Positions 39,687 through 49,574 of a stretch of DNA of 64,000 nucleotides are shown piece after piece; position 1 is the stretch's first letter, and each line of letters opens with the position of its first letter. The translations under genes were made by a program, and so were the position numbers. The notes under the pieces are model-generated. The model had not been told where the DNA came from, did no database searches, and worked only from the letters and a program-made list of their open reading frames with translations. The DNA is from Candidatus Bathyarchaeia archaeon (GTDB lineage: Archaea; Thermoproteota; Bathyarchaeia; Bathyarchaeales; Bathycorpusculaceae), in contig JBEKBM010000001.1 in the NCBI GenBank assembly GCA_050015395.1, positions 64,001 to 128,000 on the forward strand. Reading direction: 5' to 3'.

Positions 39687-40910
39687 ATGGTTGAAAACGT
39701 GAAAGAACTCCTTAAACTGCATGAAGGTATAACACACGAGGTTTACCTTGACAACGAGAACTCCAGCATAGTTCCCCAAGAAATAGTGGACGCTATGCTG
39801 CCCTACTTTAACCAGAAAGCTTACGGCAACCCCACATTAACCCACAAACCCGGCTGGGAAGCCTTCGAAGTAATAATGAACAGTTTCCAGAAAATCAGCA
39901 AGTTCATGGGCGCAAAAATCCTGGAGGAAATCACTTTCACTCCTAGCGAAACAGAAGCCAACAACCTAGCCATCATGGGCTCAGCGTTCGCCCAAAAAAG
40001 CAAAGGCAAAAAAATCATCATATCCGAAATTGAACCAATTAACGTGTTGCAGGTTGCTGAGATGATGCAGAAGTTCGGTTTCACAACCACAAAAATCCCA
40101 GTAAACCAAGAAGGCTTCATCAACCTTGAAAAACTCAAAGAAGCAGTTGACAACGAAACCATACTGGTCAGCGTTTCAGCTGTGAACAATGAGATTGGGA
40201 CAGTGCAGCCGATTAAAGAAGCTGTTGACATTGTTAAAGCCAAAAACCCCCAAGCACTTTTTCACACAGACGCGTCAGACGCTTATGGCAGAATTCCCTT
40301 TAACGTGCAAAACCTAAAGGTAGACTTAGCCACAATCAGCAGTTACAAGATTCAAGGTCCACGCGGCATGGGAGCAATGTACCTGCGTGACGGCGTAAAC
40401 ATGGAACGCATTCTTGAAGGGCAAATTGGAACACAGAAACTTTGGCCAGGAATCGAAAACACACCCCTAATCGTCGGTTTTACTAAGGCTTCGGAGCTTG
40501 CATTCCAAAACTTCGAAGCAAACACCGCTAAAATGCGAATGTTACGCGATAAGCTTGTTGACGGCATATTTAGCGAACTGGATGACCTGCGTTTTAATGG
40601 TCCAAAAGGTGAGAAACGATCACCAGACAACGCTAACGTTAGCATTTTACGAGCTGAAGGCGAAGCCTTAACCATAGAGTTAAGCCTCAAGGGCGTTTAC
40701 GTTTCCAGCGGCAGCGCATGCAGCCGAAGACTGCTTCAGCCAAGCCACGTTCTTGTCGCAATTGGCCGCAGATTCAGTGAAGCACACGGCAGTATACTCA
40801 TGAAAACTACGCGTTATCTTACAGAAGAGGATATAGCTTACGTTTTGAAAGTGTTACCTCCGTCTGTGAACCGTATAAGAGGGATAGTTGGCTCAACAGG
40901 AGTTGATTAA
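39687..40910 (+). CDS. IscS/NifS-like protein, degenerate (group I cysteine desulfurase fold)
   Basis: YLDN, TEANNLAI, NNEIGT, K.QGP.G.G and SSGSACS. Several PLP and substrate contacts are substituted. Confidence 0.85.
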   Translation: MVENVKELLKLHEGITHEVYLDNENSSIVPQEIVDAMLPYFNQKAYGNPTLTHKPGWEAFEVIMNSFQKISKFMGAKILEEITFTPSETEANNLAIMGSAFAQKSKGKKIIISEIEPINVLQVAEMMQKFGFTTTKIPVNQEGFINLEKLKEAVDNETILVSVSAVNNEIGTVQPIKEAVDIVKAKNPQALFHTDASDAYGRIPFNVQNLKVDLATISSYKIQGPRGMGAMYLRDGVNMERILEGQIGTQKLWPGIENTPLIVGFTKASELAFQNFEANTAKMRMLRDKLVDGIFSELDDLRFNGPKGEKRSPDNANVSILRAEGEALTIELSLKGVYVSSGSACSRRLLQPSHVLVAIGRRFSEAHGSILMKTTRYLTEEDIAYVLKVLPPSVNRIRGIVGSTGVD

Positions 40911-40912
40911 AA

Positions 40913-41419
40913 ATGTCGCGTATACCACTACCTTACAATCCGAAAGTGATGGATTTATTCAGGAACCCCAAGAATCTGGGAAAAATGGAAGACGCCACTG
41001 TCGTAGCAGTCGCTGGAAACCCAGCCTGCGGAGACATGATAACCTTCTACCTAAAAATAACCAGTCAAGAAATTATTGAAAGAGCAAGTTTCGAAAGTTA
41101 CGGTTGCGCAGCAAACATCGCCACATCCAGCATAGTTACAGAAATGGTTAAGGGCTTAAGCCTTGAAGCTGCATGGAGAGACATAACTTGGAAGAAAGTC
41201 ACTGAGGAAATCGGTGGATTACCAAGCGTCAAATTCCACTGCGGAGTACTCGCTGTAGGCGCACTAAAACGTGCAATAAGGCAATACTACAAAGAAAAAG
41301 GTGTTGCCGTGCCCAGTTGGTTGCCAGCAGAACACACTTTTGAAGAAAAACAGGCGCTGGAAGAAGAAGAGCTAGCAAAGATGCTGTCCAAGAGGCTAAA
41401 GACAGAGGCAGAGAAGTAA
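40913..41419 (+). CDS. iscU: Fe-S cluster scaffold IscU
   Basis: F.NPKN.G, GNPACGD, GCAANIA and KFHC. Confidence 0.92.
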   Translation: MSRIPLPYNPKVMDLFRNPKNLGKMEDATVVAVAGNPACGDMITFYLKITSQEIIERASFESYGCAANIATSSIVTEMVKGLSLEAAWRDITWKKVTEEIGGLPSVKFHCGVLAVGALKRAIRQYYKEKGVAVPSWLPAEHTFEEKQALEEEELAKMLSKRLKTEAEK

Positions 41420-41421
41420 TC

Positions 41422-42654
41422 GTGGACATCCAAGCGGTTCGTCAAGATTTCCCAATATTAAAACGCCAAGTAAACAACTATCCCCTAATTTATTTTGATA
41501 ATGCTGCAACTACCCAGAAGCCCCGCCAAGTAATTGACGCCGTAAGCGATTTTTATGAAAACCACAATGGGAACGTGCATAGAGCAGTACATACGCTCTC
41601 TTTGGAGGCAACGGATTTTTATGAGAAGTCAAGGGAAAAAATCGCAAAATTCATCCACGCCAAAGAGTCTTCAGAACTTGTTTTTGTTAGAGGCACAACG
41701 GAAGCCATCAACTTAGTTGCGTACTCTTGGGGACTAAACAGCCTAAACAGGGGCGACGAGGTTTTAGTTTCCCTAATGGAGCATCACAGCAATATTGTTC
41801 CTTGGGAAATCATCTCTAAAATAAAAGGTTTCACAATAAAATATGCCAATGTAAATGCCGACGGCACGTTAGATTATGATGATTTTGAAAGCAAATTTTC
41901 AAGCAAAACAAAAATTGCCTGCTTAAGCCATGTTTCAAACGTTACAGGCGTAATTAACGACGTCAAACGAACTGCTAAGGTTGCACATGATAATGGCGCT
42001 TTAATGCTTGTTGATGGCGCTCAGTCTGTGCCGCATTTGACTGTTGATGTTCAGGATTTGGATATGGATTTTCTGGCTTTTTCAGGACATAAAATGCTTG
42101 GACCCACAGGCATCGGAGTGCTTTACGGCAAAAAGGAACTGCTTGAAAAGATGCCGCCATTCCAAGGTGGGGGAGAAATGATAAAGGAAGTAGCTTATAG
42201 CCAAGGCAAAGGCTGCAGCATAAGTTGGAATGACCCGCCGTGGAAGTTTGAAGCGGGCACGCCTAACATTGGCGGCGCCGTTGGCTTAGCAGAAGCCGTA
42301 AAGTATCTTGAAGCTGTAGGCATGGACGAGGTGCTAAGCCACGAGAAAGCGTTAACTAAGTATGCAGTTGAACGCATGCAAGAATGCAATAAAGTTACGA
42401 TTCATGGCTCCAGTGACCTTTCTAAGAAATGCGGCATAATACCCTTCAGCGTTAAAGGATTATCGTCACATGATGTTGCACTCATCTGTGACAACTACGG
42501 AATAATGATACGAAGCGGTTACCATTGTGCACAACCGCTGCATCAGCAAGTTTTAAAGCTTCACTCCTCTGACCGGGCAAGCTTTTACATTTACAACACA
42601 CGCGAGGAAGTTGACCGTTTCGTTGAAGTTTTAAAGGAGATCGAGCAGCTCTAA
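41422..42654 (+). CDS. sufS: SufS-type (group II) cysteine desulfurase
   Basis: DNAATTQKP, EHHSN, DGAQ, SGHKMLGPTGIG, FEAGTP and RSGYHCAQP. Confidence 0.93.
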   Translation: MDIQAVRQDFPILKRQVNNYPLIYFDNAATTQKPRQVIDAVSDFYENHNGNVHRAVHTLSLEATDFYEKSREKIAKFIHAKESSELVFVRGTTEAINLVAYSWGLNSLNRGDEVLVSLMEHHSNIVPWEIISKIKGFTIKYANVNADGTLDYDDFESKFSSKTKIACLSHVSNVTGVINDVKRTAKVAHDNGALMLVDGAQSVPHLTVDVQDLDMDFLAFSGHKMLGPTGIGVLYGKKELLEKMPPFQGGGEMIKEVAYSQGKGCSISWNDPPWKFEAGTPNIGGAVGLAEAVKYLEAVGMDEVLSHEKALTKYAVERMQECNKVTIHGSSDLSKKCGIIPFSVKGLSSHDVALICDNYGIMIRSGYHCAQPLHQQVLKLHSSDRASFYIYNTREEVDRFVEVLKEIEQL

Positions 42655-42923
42655 TGGCAACCGTTGAAGATTACGTGTCGCGAATTGAAGGAACATGCGG
42701 TGAAGAAAAAGACGTCATAGTAGTTTTCAAGTACGACAAGAAAGATGAAGCAATCGCACGTATTTTAAAGAAAGCCACATTGAAAAATACCATAGCTGGA
42801 ATAATTTTTGAATTAACTTTTCAAGACACATCTTTCCGCCTCTACACAAGTGGAAAAGCTATTTTTAGAAGCATCAAGAATAAGCAAGAACTGAATGACC
42901 TCCTTGCCAATCTTCTACTTTAA
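42654..42923 (+). CDS. Hypothetical protein, translationally coupled to sufS
   Basis: TAATG overlap, 89 aa, single Cys (GTCG) and FRLYTSGKAIF. Confidence 0.7.
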   Translation: MATVEDYVSRIEGTCGEEKDVIVVFKYDKKDEAIARILKKATLKNTIAGIIFELTFQDTSFRLYTSGKAIFRSIKNKQELNDLLANLLL

Positions 42924-42937
42924 GCGCCAACGCAAGT

Positions 42938-44443
42938 TCAGCTTTTTACTTGTTTGGCTAAGCGATGTCTGAATCGCATCTTATTTCTGCTCGCCCAGTT
43001 CAAAACTGGAATAAGCGGACCCTTAAGCGACTGCGGCAAGGCATCTTTAAACTCCCTATGCAATCCCAAGCGTATAGCAACTCTGCCTTTCCATGTTACA
43101 GGCACGTAGTAACGTGTTATCGGAAACTTGACAAACCCATTGCTTTCTTTAAACTTATCAAGTGACGGGTGATTTCCTATTCTTCCGTACATAAGCCACC
43201 GCGTGCCGTTGGATGCGCAGACTTCAACCGCTTTAGCAAGGAGCGCGTTGTTTACGGCTTTATCCCAATGCTTCTGCATCGAAAGTATCTGGGAAATGAC
43301 AGCTATGTTCTCGCCATGGATTATTTGGATGAATCCCACAAGCTCTTCTTGCAAAAATGCGCCGATGAATGTGGAGTTTTGGGCTGCAAACATGTTTCCA
43401 GTAACTGTTTGAAGAGGCTCGCCATAATGTGGGAAAGCTCTCTCTTGCCTTATTGCGGTTTCATTGTAAATTTTCCACATACCTTCAGCGAATTTCTCGC
43501 TTGGCTGGGCAACAGTTACCTTTATGCCGCTTTTTTCTGCTCGTCGAACCATGTTGCGCGTTTTCTTTCCAACGTTGCTCCACCAACTTTCATAGTCTTT
43601 TATTTCAAGCAAACCAACGTTATCTTCAGTTTTTATCCATGTGCTTGGCGGATTAGGAATTGGGCAACACCATTTTCTCTCCAAAAAAGTGAAAATATCT
43701 ATGCTTCTTTCGCTTAGCTTCTCAATGAACTCATCCGTGGGAACAATATTTTTTTCGTACTCTTTGATGTCATGGGCTATTTTGACGAAAGCTTTCTTTC
43801 TTATCCGTAAAGTTTCAAGCTCTTTATCCACTTCTAAAATACTCTTTAATACATCATAAAATGGTCCTCTACAGTTATTTTCTCCCTTTTTAAAGAGCCA
43901 TTCAGGATGAATAGACAACACATAATTTTGATTAATCCATTTTTCTGCTTCTTTTTTAGCGTCGTCTAAACCAAATTTATAACGTCTAGTGTCTAAACTT
44001 TTAATGGTATTAATGGTAAAATCGTGGAAGGGTGTTAACGGGAAGTCGCTGGGAACCTTAGCTTGCCTGTCTCCAGGTTTTCGTCTCCACAATAGCTGGG
44101 CAAGTAATCGTGAGGTTCCATGAATGGTATAGTACTTTACTGTTCGGTTGGTTTCATTTTCTAAGATTTTCCATTCTCGATAGGGGTTGTTTGCAACGTG
44201 CAGAGCTACCTCATGCCTGTCCAGATTTAGCAAATCGAGCAGTTTTTTGTCTGGGATTGTGTATGGTGTAAAGAACCAGTAAGCCATAACTTGTTTTGGC
44301 GACTCATTAACCATTTTAGCAATGACTCGAGCATTTTTCAAGTAATCTTTGCCTTTTCTTTTTTTGATTCCTAAAGCTATGTATAGAAAGCTTTTAGCCC
44401 TTGATGGGTAAGGGTAATCCACATCCAATCTTAGCTTTATCAT
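42938..44443 (-). CDS. Fusion of a polysaccharide-deacetylase-like domain and a GNAT/FemAB-like domain
   Basis: N-terminal LRLDVD, HEVALH, TIHG and IHP.W. C-terminal KTRNMVRRAEKSG.KV and L.KFKE..GF. Confidence 0.7.
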   Translation of the reverse strand: MIKLRLDVDYPYPSRAKSFLYIALGIKKRKGKDYLKNARVIAKMVNESPKQVMAYWFFTPYTIPDKKLLDLLNLDRHEVALHVANNPYREWKILENETNRTVKYYTIHGTSRLLAQLLWRRKPGDRQAKVPSDFPLTPFHDFTINTIKSLDTRRYKFGLDDAKKEAEKWINQNYVLSIHPEWLFKKGENNCRGPFYDVLKSILEVDKELETLRIRKKAFVKIAHDIKEYEKNIVPTDEFIEKLSERSIDIFTFLERKWCCPIPNPPSTWIKTEDNVGLLEIKDYESWWSNVGKKTRNMVRRAEKSGIKVTVAQPSEKFAEGMWKIYNETAIRQERAFPHYGEPLQTVTGNMFAAQNSTFIGAFLQEELVGFIQIIHGENIAVISQILSMQKHWDKAVNNALLAKAVEVCASNGTRWLMYGRIGNHPSLDKFKESNGFVKFPITRYYVPVTWKGRVAIRLGLHREFKDALPQSLKGPLIPVLNWASRNKMRFRHRLAKQVKS

Positions 44444-44447
44444 TGCT

Positions 44448-45299
44448 TCATGAATCTCCCAAACTTTTGCCTTTCAGATAACCCATAAGCGAGTAGAAAC
44501 TGACGGCTGGATAAGCAACTAGCAACCGGACATCATGCATTTTCAAGCTCATCTTGAAACTTGTTGCAGGCGACTTCATAAACTTCAAGAAATAGTATAA
44601 CCGACCCTGATTCTGGTAAGCACTACTGAATATAGATAATCGCTTATTAGATTCTGGAAGGCTTAAACCGTAAAAATACCAATGCTTAAGCTCGCCAAAC
44701 AAGCTAGGACGCAAGTGCAAGCTTTGAACATCATAATCAACCAGCCACCTGTAACCTTTAGCATCAATTAAATTCCACAAGTAAGTGTCGATGCTACCGT
44801 ATTTAAGCTTCGGAAACCCTCCTAAACCACGCAAAACATCTGTATTCCAAATGGTGTTATCTAAGGTTTTACCGAAACCGCCAAGATAGTCAACATGACG
44901 CCTAGTCAACCGGTAAGGTACAACGTTAAAGAACAAATTGTTTTTAGGAAGAAACCTTAGACCACAAGCAGCAGCCACATCGTCTTTGCCTAAAATTAAC
45001 CGTGAAATCCTATTCCACCAAAAAGGTGAAAGCAAAATATCCTGCTCAAAACTGCAAAAGTATTCAGTTTCCACATGCTTTAAAGCTGTGTTGGCGCCAT
45101 CGCCAATCCCTTTTCCTTCGTTACTAAATACATGCCAACCAAAACTTTCAGCAATCCTAACCGTGTCATCAACGCTGCAATCATCAACAAGAAGCCTCTG
45201 ATTAACAACCTTACCTGGCACAACATGATTAATCCTGTTTAAAACAGACCCTAAAGTTTCAGCGCCATTCTTAGTCCACATAACCAAGTCAAGCTTCAA
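44448..45299 (-). CDS. Glycosyltransferase family 2
   Basis: TKNGAETL, VDDCSVDDT, G.G.G.N.AL, EQD and GGFP. Confidence 0.88.
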   Translation of the reverse strand: MKLDLVMWTKNGAETLGSVLNRINHVVPGKVVNQRLLVDDCSVDDTVRIAESFGWHVFSNEGKGIGDGANTALKHVETEYFCSFEQDILLSPFWWNRISRLILGKDDVAAACGLRFLPKNNLFFNVVPYRLTRRHVDYLGGFGKTLDNTIWNTDVLRGLGGFPKLKYGSIDTYLWNLIDAKGYRWLVDYDVQSLHLRPSLFGELKHWYFYGLSLPESNKRLSIFSSAYQNQGRLYYFLKFMKSPATSFKMSLKMHDVRLLVAYPAVSFYSLMGYLKGKSLGDS

Positions 45300-45864
45300 C
45301 CGAAACAGTCCTCCTCACCTGAAACATGCATGTGATCTACACCTACAAAACTGTAATCCACAGACTTAGTCTTTTGAGAGTTTTTTTCTTTATGTTTTAC
45401 GTCCTCCCACATGCCAAATTTCGCCAGCGGGATTAGTCGCGGTCTGTGCAGGAAGCAGTCAAACTTTCACTTTTAGCGCTTTAACTGGCTGAAGAATATA
45501 TTGTTAACCAATTATTTAACATTAGACCTCACCGACGCATAGTTCTAGCACTTTCTTTTCGTTTTCAGCTAAAATCGGGTTTTGCAAGTTTTCTTCAGTC
45601 TTCAGCTTCTTCAATAAATTGTAGATGTCTTCAGCATTGTTGCGTTGAATCTTCCGTGAGTTTCTGTTCTTTTACATCCTCAACTTAGAAACTCTCGCTT
45701 TGATTTTAACGCTAGATACATTAGTTTTGAAGAAGCAAAACAAATCTTAGAGTTTCAGGCTGTAACTAAGGCCCTAGAGAATGCTAAGAACTTTGAGCCT
45801 TACAAAGTTGGCAAATTCATTTTCTATCGCAGAGGCACAGGGGGCCTATGGTTATATGTAGTAC

Positions 45865-46249
45865 TCACTCCTTACAGCGTGGACAACTCATTTTTTTTGC
45901 TCCTTGTTTAACTGCTAAACTTACTGCAAAAGGAATTTTTGCTCTCTTACTTGGCGGTCTGGGCATTGTAGCATTTGAACTAAGCCAGTGTTGTTTTGAA
46001 TTTTGAGCTTTCACCATTGGCAGAAATATAGTTCCCCAGAAATCAGTATTTTTCTGGAAAAGAAGTTCAAAATCATAATCAGAATGCCGGTTGTAGATTT
46101 TCCTTCAAAGGCAAATGGCGGACATCAGCGCAGATAGTAGGCCTAAACTTCTTTTCGACATCTACCGTAACAACTTCATAATCTTCTTTGAATGCCTGGC
46201 TGAAACCTTCTTCACCGCTACAGAGGTCTACACAAAGAGGTTTAACCAT
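45865..46249 (-). pseudogene. Decayed phage-type DNA (cytosine-5) methyltransferase-like gene
   Basis: Manual translation gives MVKPLCVDLCSGEEGFSQAF...VVTVDVEKKFRPTICADV...* (46249-46079), then in another frame KNTDFWG...RAKIPFAVS. The central catalytic PC region is absent. Confidence 0.6.
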
Positions 46250-46558
46250 TATTCTTTGCCTCTTATGCTATTTGCCGTTAAAGAATTAACTGAGTTATCC
46301 CACTTATTCCTTGTGCAAATTTTATAATCACCAGAAACACAAATCCAGCTGCCTTCATCGCATTCGTGCGCGGTGGAGCGAATGAAAGTCTCGTCACTGT
46401 CGTCATCTCTTCAGGACATTGTGGCAATCAAATAAGCGGGCGCACAAACTATAAAACGCTTATATAGACAGTTTATACGTAAGAAGAGGGACCTTGCGAT
46501 AACTAAAAAACAGAACTTCGAAGAGCTTCTGGAAGAAGAATCCAAGTATTGGGGCTAT

Positions 46559-47500
46559 ATGGCACACAAGGGACTCGAAGAAGGGAAACTTCCAGATCTG
46601 CAGGTCCATTTCAGAAAACAAAATGCTCAAGCTCTTTCGGATGATAGTGAAGTTAACTTTTTTGTTAGAGGCAAATATATCTCGAAGATATTGAATGCCT
46701 GTTGCGCTAAAAATGCTGCAAAGTGTTTAGAGTTATGCTGCGGCACAGGTTCATTAGCCCTTGAAGCAGCACGTAGAGGCGCAGATGTTACTGGTATTGA
46801 TATCTCATCTGAAGCTATCCAGATTGGGCAACAATATCAAGGGAAGATTTTAAAACATCTCACTTCGGGAAAGGTCAATTTATTTGTTGGCGACCTCAAT
46901 AGAATTAAACTTCCACAAAGAGAATATGATTCCGTCTTCGTTTGGGACGGTCTTCATCACATCAATAATATAGATCATTTAGTTTCTGAGGTCTACAAAA
47001 CATTAAAAGATAATGCCGTTTTCGCAGTCCACGATCACGTTTCCCCTTCAACTTCAAAGTGGAAGATCATTTTTGCAACTGTAACTTCTGAATTCCTTCT
47101 CCTCATCTTACCAACAAGCGATGACTTCTCTACAAAAATCAAACCGGCTTTGTCATTTATAATAAAAAAACTAAAAAGACAAAGTACCAAAAGAAAGAGA
47201 ACTAAAGAAGTTTTGACTTCGCCATTTGAGGATGTTTCTGGAGAGAACATAATCAACACCATAATGGGTACGTTCAAAATTACAGAGCTAAAAAGATATT
47301 CTGGCGGCATATCCCATCGTGTTGCTGCTAGGCTCAGACCGGATTGTAGATGTAAATTTGGCCTAATACGTTTTGTCTGCACCTTAGATACTCTCTTAAT
47401 ATCATTAAGAATTCTAAAACCCGAGTATTTCTTTCTTATAGCACATAAAAAAGAAGAAATCCATAATTCCAGGCTACTGCAAGCTACTTCAAGAGCCTGA
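46559..47500 (+). CDS. Class I SAM-dependent methyltransferase
   Basis: LELCCGTG, GIDIS, GDL and LHH. The frame is open upstream, so the true start may be earlier. Confidence 0.85.
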   Translation: MAHKGLEEGKLPDLQVHFRKQNAQALSDDSEVNFFVRGKYISKILNACCAKNAAKCLELCCGTGSLALEAARRGADVTGIDISSEAIQIGQQYQGKILKHLTSGKVNLFVGDLNRIKLPQREYDSVFVWDGLHHINNIDHLVSEVYKTLKDNAVFAVHDHVSPSTSKWKIIFATVTSEFLLLILPTSDDFSTKIKPALSFIIKKLKRQSTKRKRTKEVLTSPFEDVSGENIINTIMGTFKITELKRYSGGISHRVAARLRPDCRCKFGLIRFVCTLDTLLISLRILKPEYFFLIAHKKEEIHNSRLLQATSRA

Positions 47501-47719
47501 TTCTTTAGGTCAGCACGAACGACTAGCGCGCTTGTTTTTACAAAAAGATTCTCCGTTCGAGAAAAACATTAAGTTTAAAATAATGGTATAGAGGTGTGTA
47601 GCGCGCTGCCTTGTCCCGATATTATAAATTGAAGAATGTTGGGTGAGACTTCGGCCAAAACGTGTTCATCAACGAAGCCCGTTAGTGCTCAAACAAGCAA
47701 AAACGGACTTATAACCATT

Positions 47720-48000
47720 TTTAACCATTTATTTAATTCCCCTGCGCGCGCTTGCGCAGTACTCCGTCTCAACTAAGGAAAAAGCATAGCATGGGCATTA
47801 TTCAGTCCTCTCTTCTTGTTGTTAAAAACTTGCCAGCCTAAACTTTTCGCGACCGCTTTTGTACCGTCACTTGAAAAATCGTCAACGATGAACTTTCTGT
47901 TAATGGGTGGAATTACTCGACTAATCTGAGGTAGAACTATGGGTGACACTTCTTCACTATTATGAGTACACATCCACACATCAAACGGTTTTAAAGGCAT
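47720..48000 (-). pseudogene. Truncated, frameshifted GT2 glycosyltransferase
   Basis: MPLKPFDV.MCT.NS...IVDDFSSDGT..VAKSLGW.V is homologous to the N-terminus of 44448-45299. After the stop, VETEYCAS continues in another frame. Confidence 0.65.
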
Positions 48001-48097
48001 TTCTCTATCACCACATAGACATCTTCTTCCGACACCGCCTTTTATGATGAAATAATATCTTTCCTTGTAAAGACATGGAATGTTCATACGTTCCATT

Positions 48098-49105
48098 TTA
48101 GCATCCCTCATTTTTAATCCCCGCATTTTGTTTTTCAAATACCACACTTGGATAAGCCAATCTTGAGTTATTTTCCACCAGTTTTTTAAACTCTTGCAGA
48201 GAGATATTCGAAGCAATGATCGGTAGCTTATTTCCAGCTTTCTTCAAAAGGAATCTAACAATTTCGTTTTCTTCAACCTTATCTTCAAAAACCGCAAATC
48301 GAACTCTGAAGTTATTTTCCTCCAGAATATGAAATATCTCATTCACTTTTCCAGGTTCAAGATATGGAATCTCGGGATGCAGCTCCATAAGAATTTTTAT
48401 GTCCCTATTAAGAGTCTTAACCATTCCCTTAATTATCTCGTATTCAGAGCCTTCTACATCCATGCGAATAAAGTTCGGAGGAGTTTTGTCTTTGAAGAAA
48501 GTATCCACCGTCGCCACAGGTACTTCTTCTTCACTAACGATTTTGCCAATTTTGCCACTAACAGCAGCGTTTCTGTTCATAGTGCATAAATTAGTCTTGT
48601 CTGAAACGTACATAGTCCCCGATTTTGCATCTTCATCGCCAAATGCAAACTGGAACGTAGAAACATTCTTCAGATTATTTAGTTGCACATTCCTTTTCAG
48701 TAACTCAAAATTGCTGCGAACTGGTTCGACAGCATAGACTTTTCCGCTTTTCCCTACAAGTTGTGATTCAATCAGCACGTAATAACCGATGTTGGCTCCA
48801 ATATCTAAGACAATATCACCATCTTTGAGGGCACCTGAGTGCATCAAGTAGTCCGTACAGTTTGGTTCTCTTTTTTTGTACAAAAATAGGTCGAAGTGAA
48901 TACAGTTAATGCCACCTTTTCTTGGAAACAAAAGCATCTTGGATTTGTTCACCTCTACAATAGCGCTTTCAGGGATGTGTTTTAGATACGGAAGAATACT
49001 TCTCTTCGATAGCGATAACGCCAAAAGCATAAAAACTGTCTTAACAAAGCCTTTCTCTTTAGCTTGTTTGATGGTTTTATGGAATGGTAGTTTCATTTTC
49101 CCCAT
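48098..49105 (-). CDS. FkbM family methyltransferase
   Basis: LDIGANIGYY, AVEP, RMDVEGSE and ELHP. Confidence 0.9.
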   Translation of the reverse strand: MGKMKLPFHKTIKQAKEKGFVKTVFMLLALSLSKRSILPYLKHIPESAIVEVNKSKMLLFPRKGGINCIHFDLFLYKKREPNCTDYLMHSGALKDGDIVLDIGANIGYYVLIESQLVGKSGKVYAVEPVRSNFELLKRNVQLNNLKNVSTFQFAFGDEDAKSGTMYVSDKTNLCTMNRNAAVSGKIGKIVSEEEVPVATVDTFFKDKTPPNFIRMDVEGSEYEIIKGMVKTLNRDIKILMELHPEIPYLEPGKVNEIFHILEENNFRVRFAVFEDKVEENEIVRFLLKKAGNKLPIIASNISLQEFKKLVENNSRLAYPSVVFEKQNAGIKNEGC

Positions 49106-49179
49106 CTCTTTAGAATGGACAATCTTGTTTTTCTCCTTTTCAAGTCTCCTATGACTTTCAGCCTGCAGACTATCCTTTC

Positions 49180-49380
49180 CTAATTAGTGATTCTCCAAGC
49201 GTCTATATCTCTACCAAAGAAAATAGATTGAGAGACAGCATATTTCTCTACTTTCCCTTCCGAAAGAAGTTCAAACAAATATACCTTACAAGTCATACGC
49301 GCAACTCCCATTTCTTCGGATATGTTGGACGTTGTATCGCCTTCTTTCATGTGAACCCCATTATTCTCCATATCTACCAT
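49180..49380 (-). CDS. Small winged-HTH-like protein, possibly a remnant
   Basis: TTSNISEEMGVARMTCKVYLFELLSEGKV resembles a wHTH, with GGAGAG upstream. Confidence 0.4.
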   Translation of the reverse strand: MVDMENNGVHMKEGDTTSNISEEMGVARMTCKVYLFELLSEGKVEKYAVSQSIFFGRDIDAWRITN

Positions 49381-49574
49381 AATTCTCTCCTTTTCTTTCT
49401 ACTTTATCTTCGTGTTTTCCCAAATTTATCACTTCTTAGTTTTTAACTAGTTTGCTTGCTAATATATCTTCAAAAAAATCGTTGATTTTAACTGATTAAG
49501 GTTCAGAGGCTTGTCACACCAAAAAGCATCCAAATTCACAGGTGGGTAAACAACAATTGGGTCTTTATTGTGTT

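Noticed and set aside
47773-48216. 147 aa ORF as listed in the track
   Set aside because: The first half overlaps the FkbM gene end and looks non-coding. Only the part from 48000 is GT2-like, and it is reported as a pseudogene.
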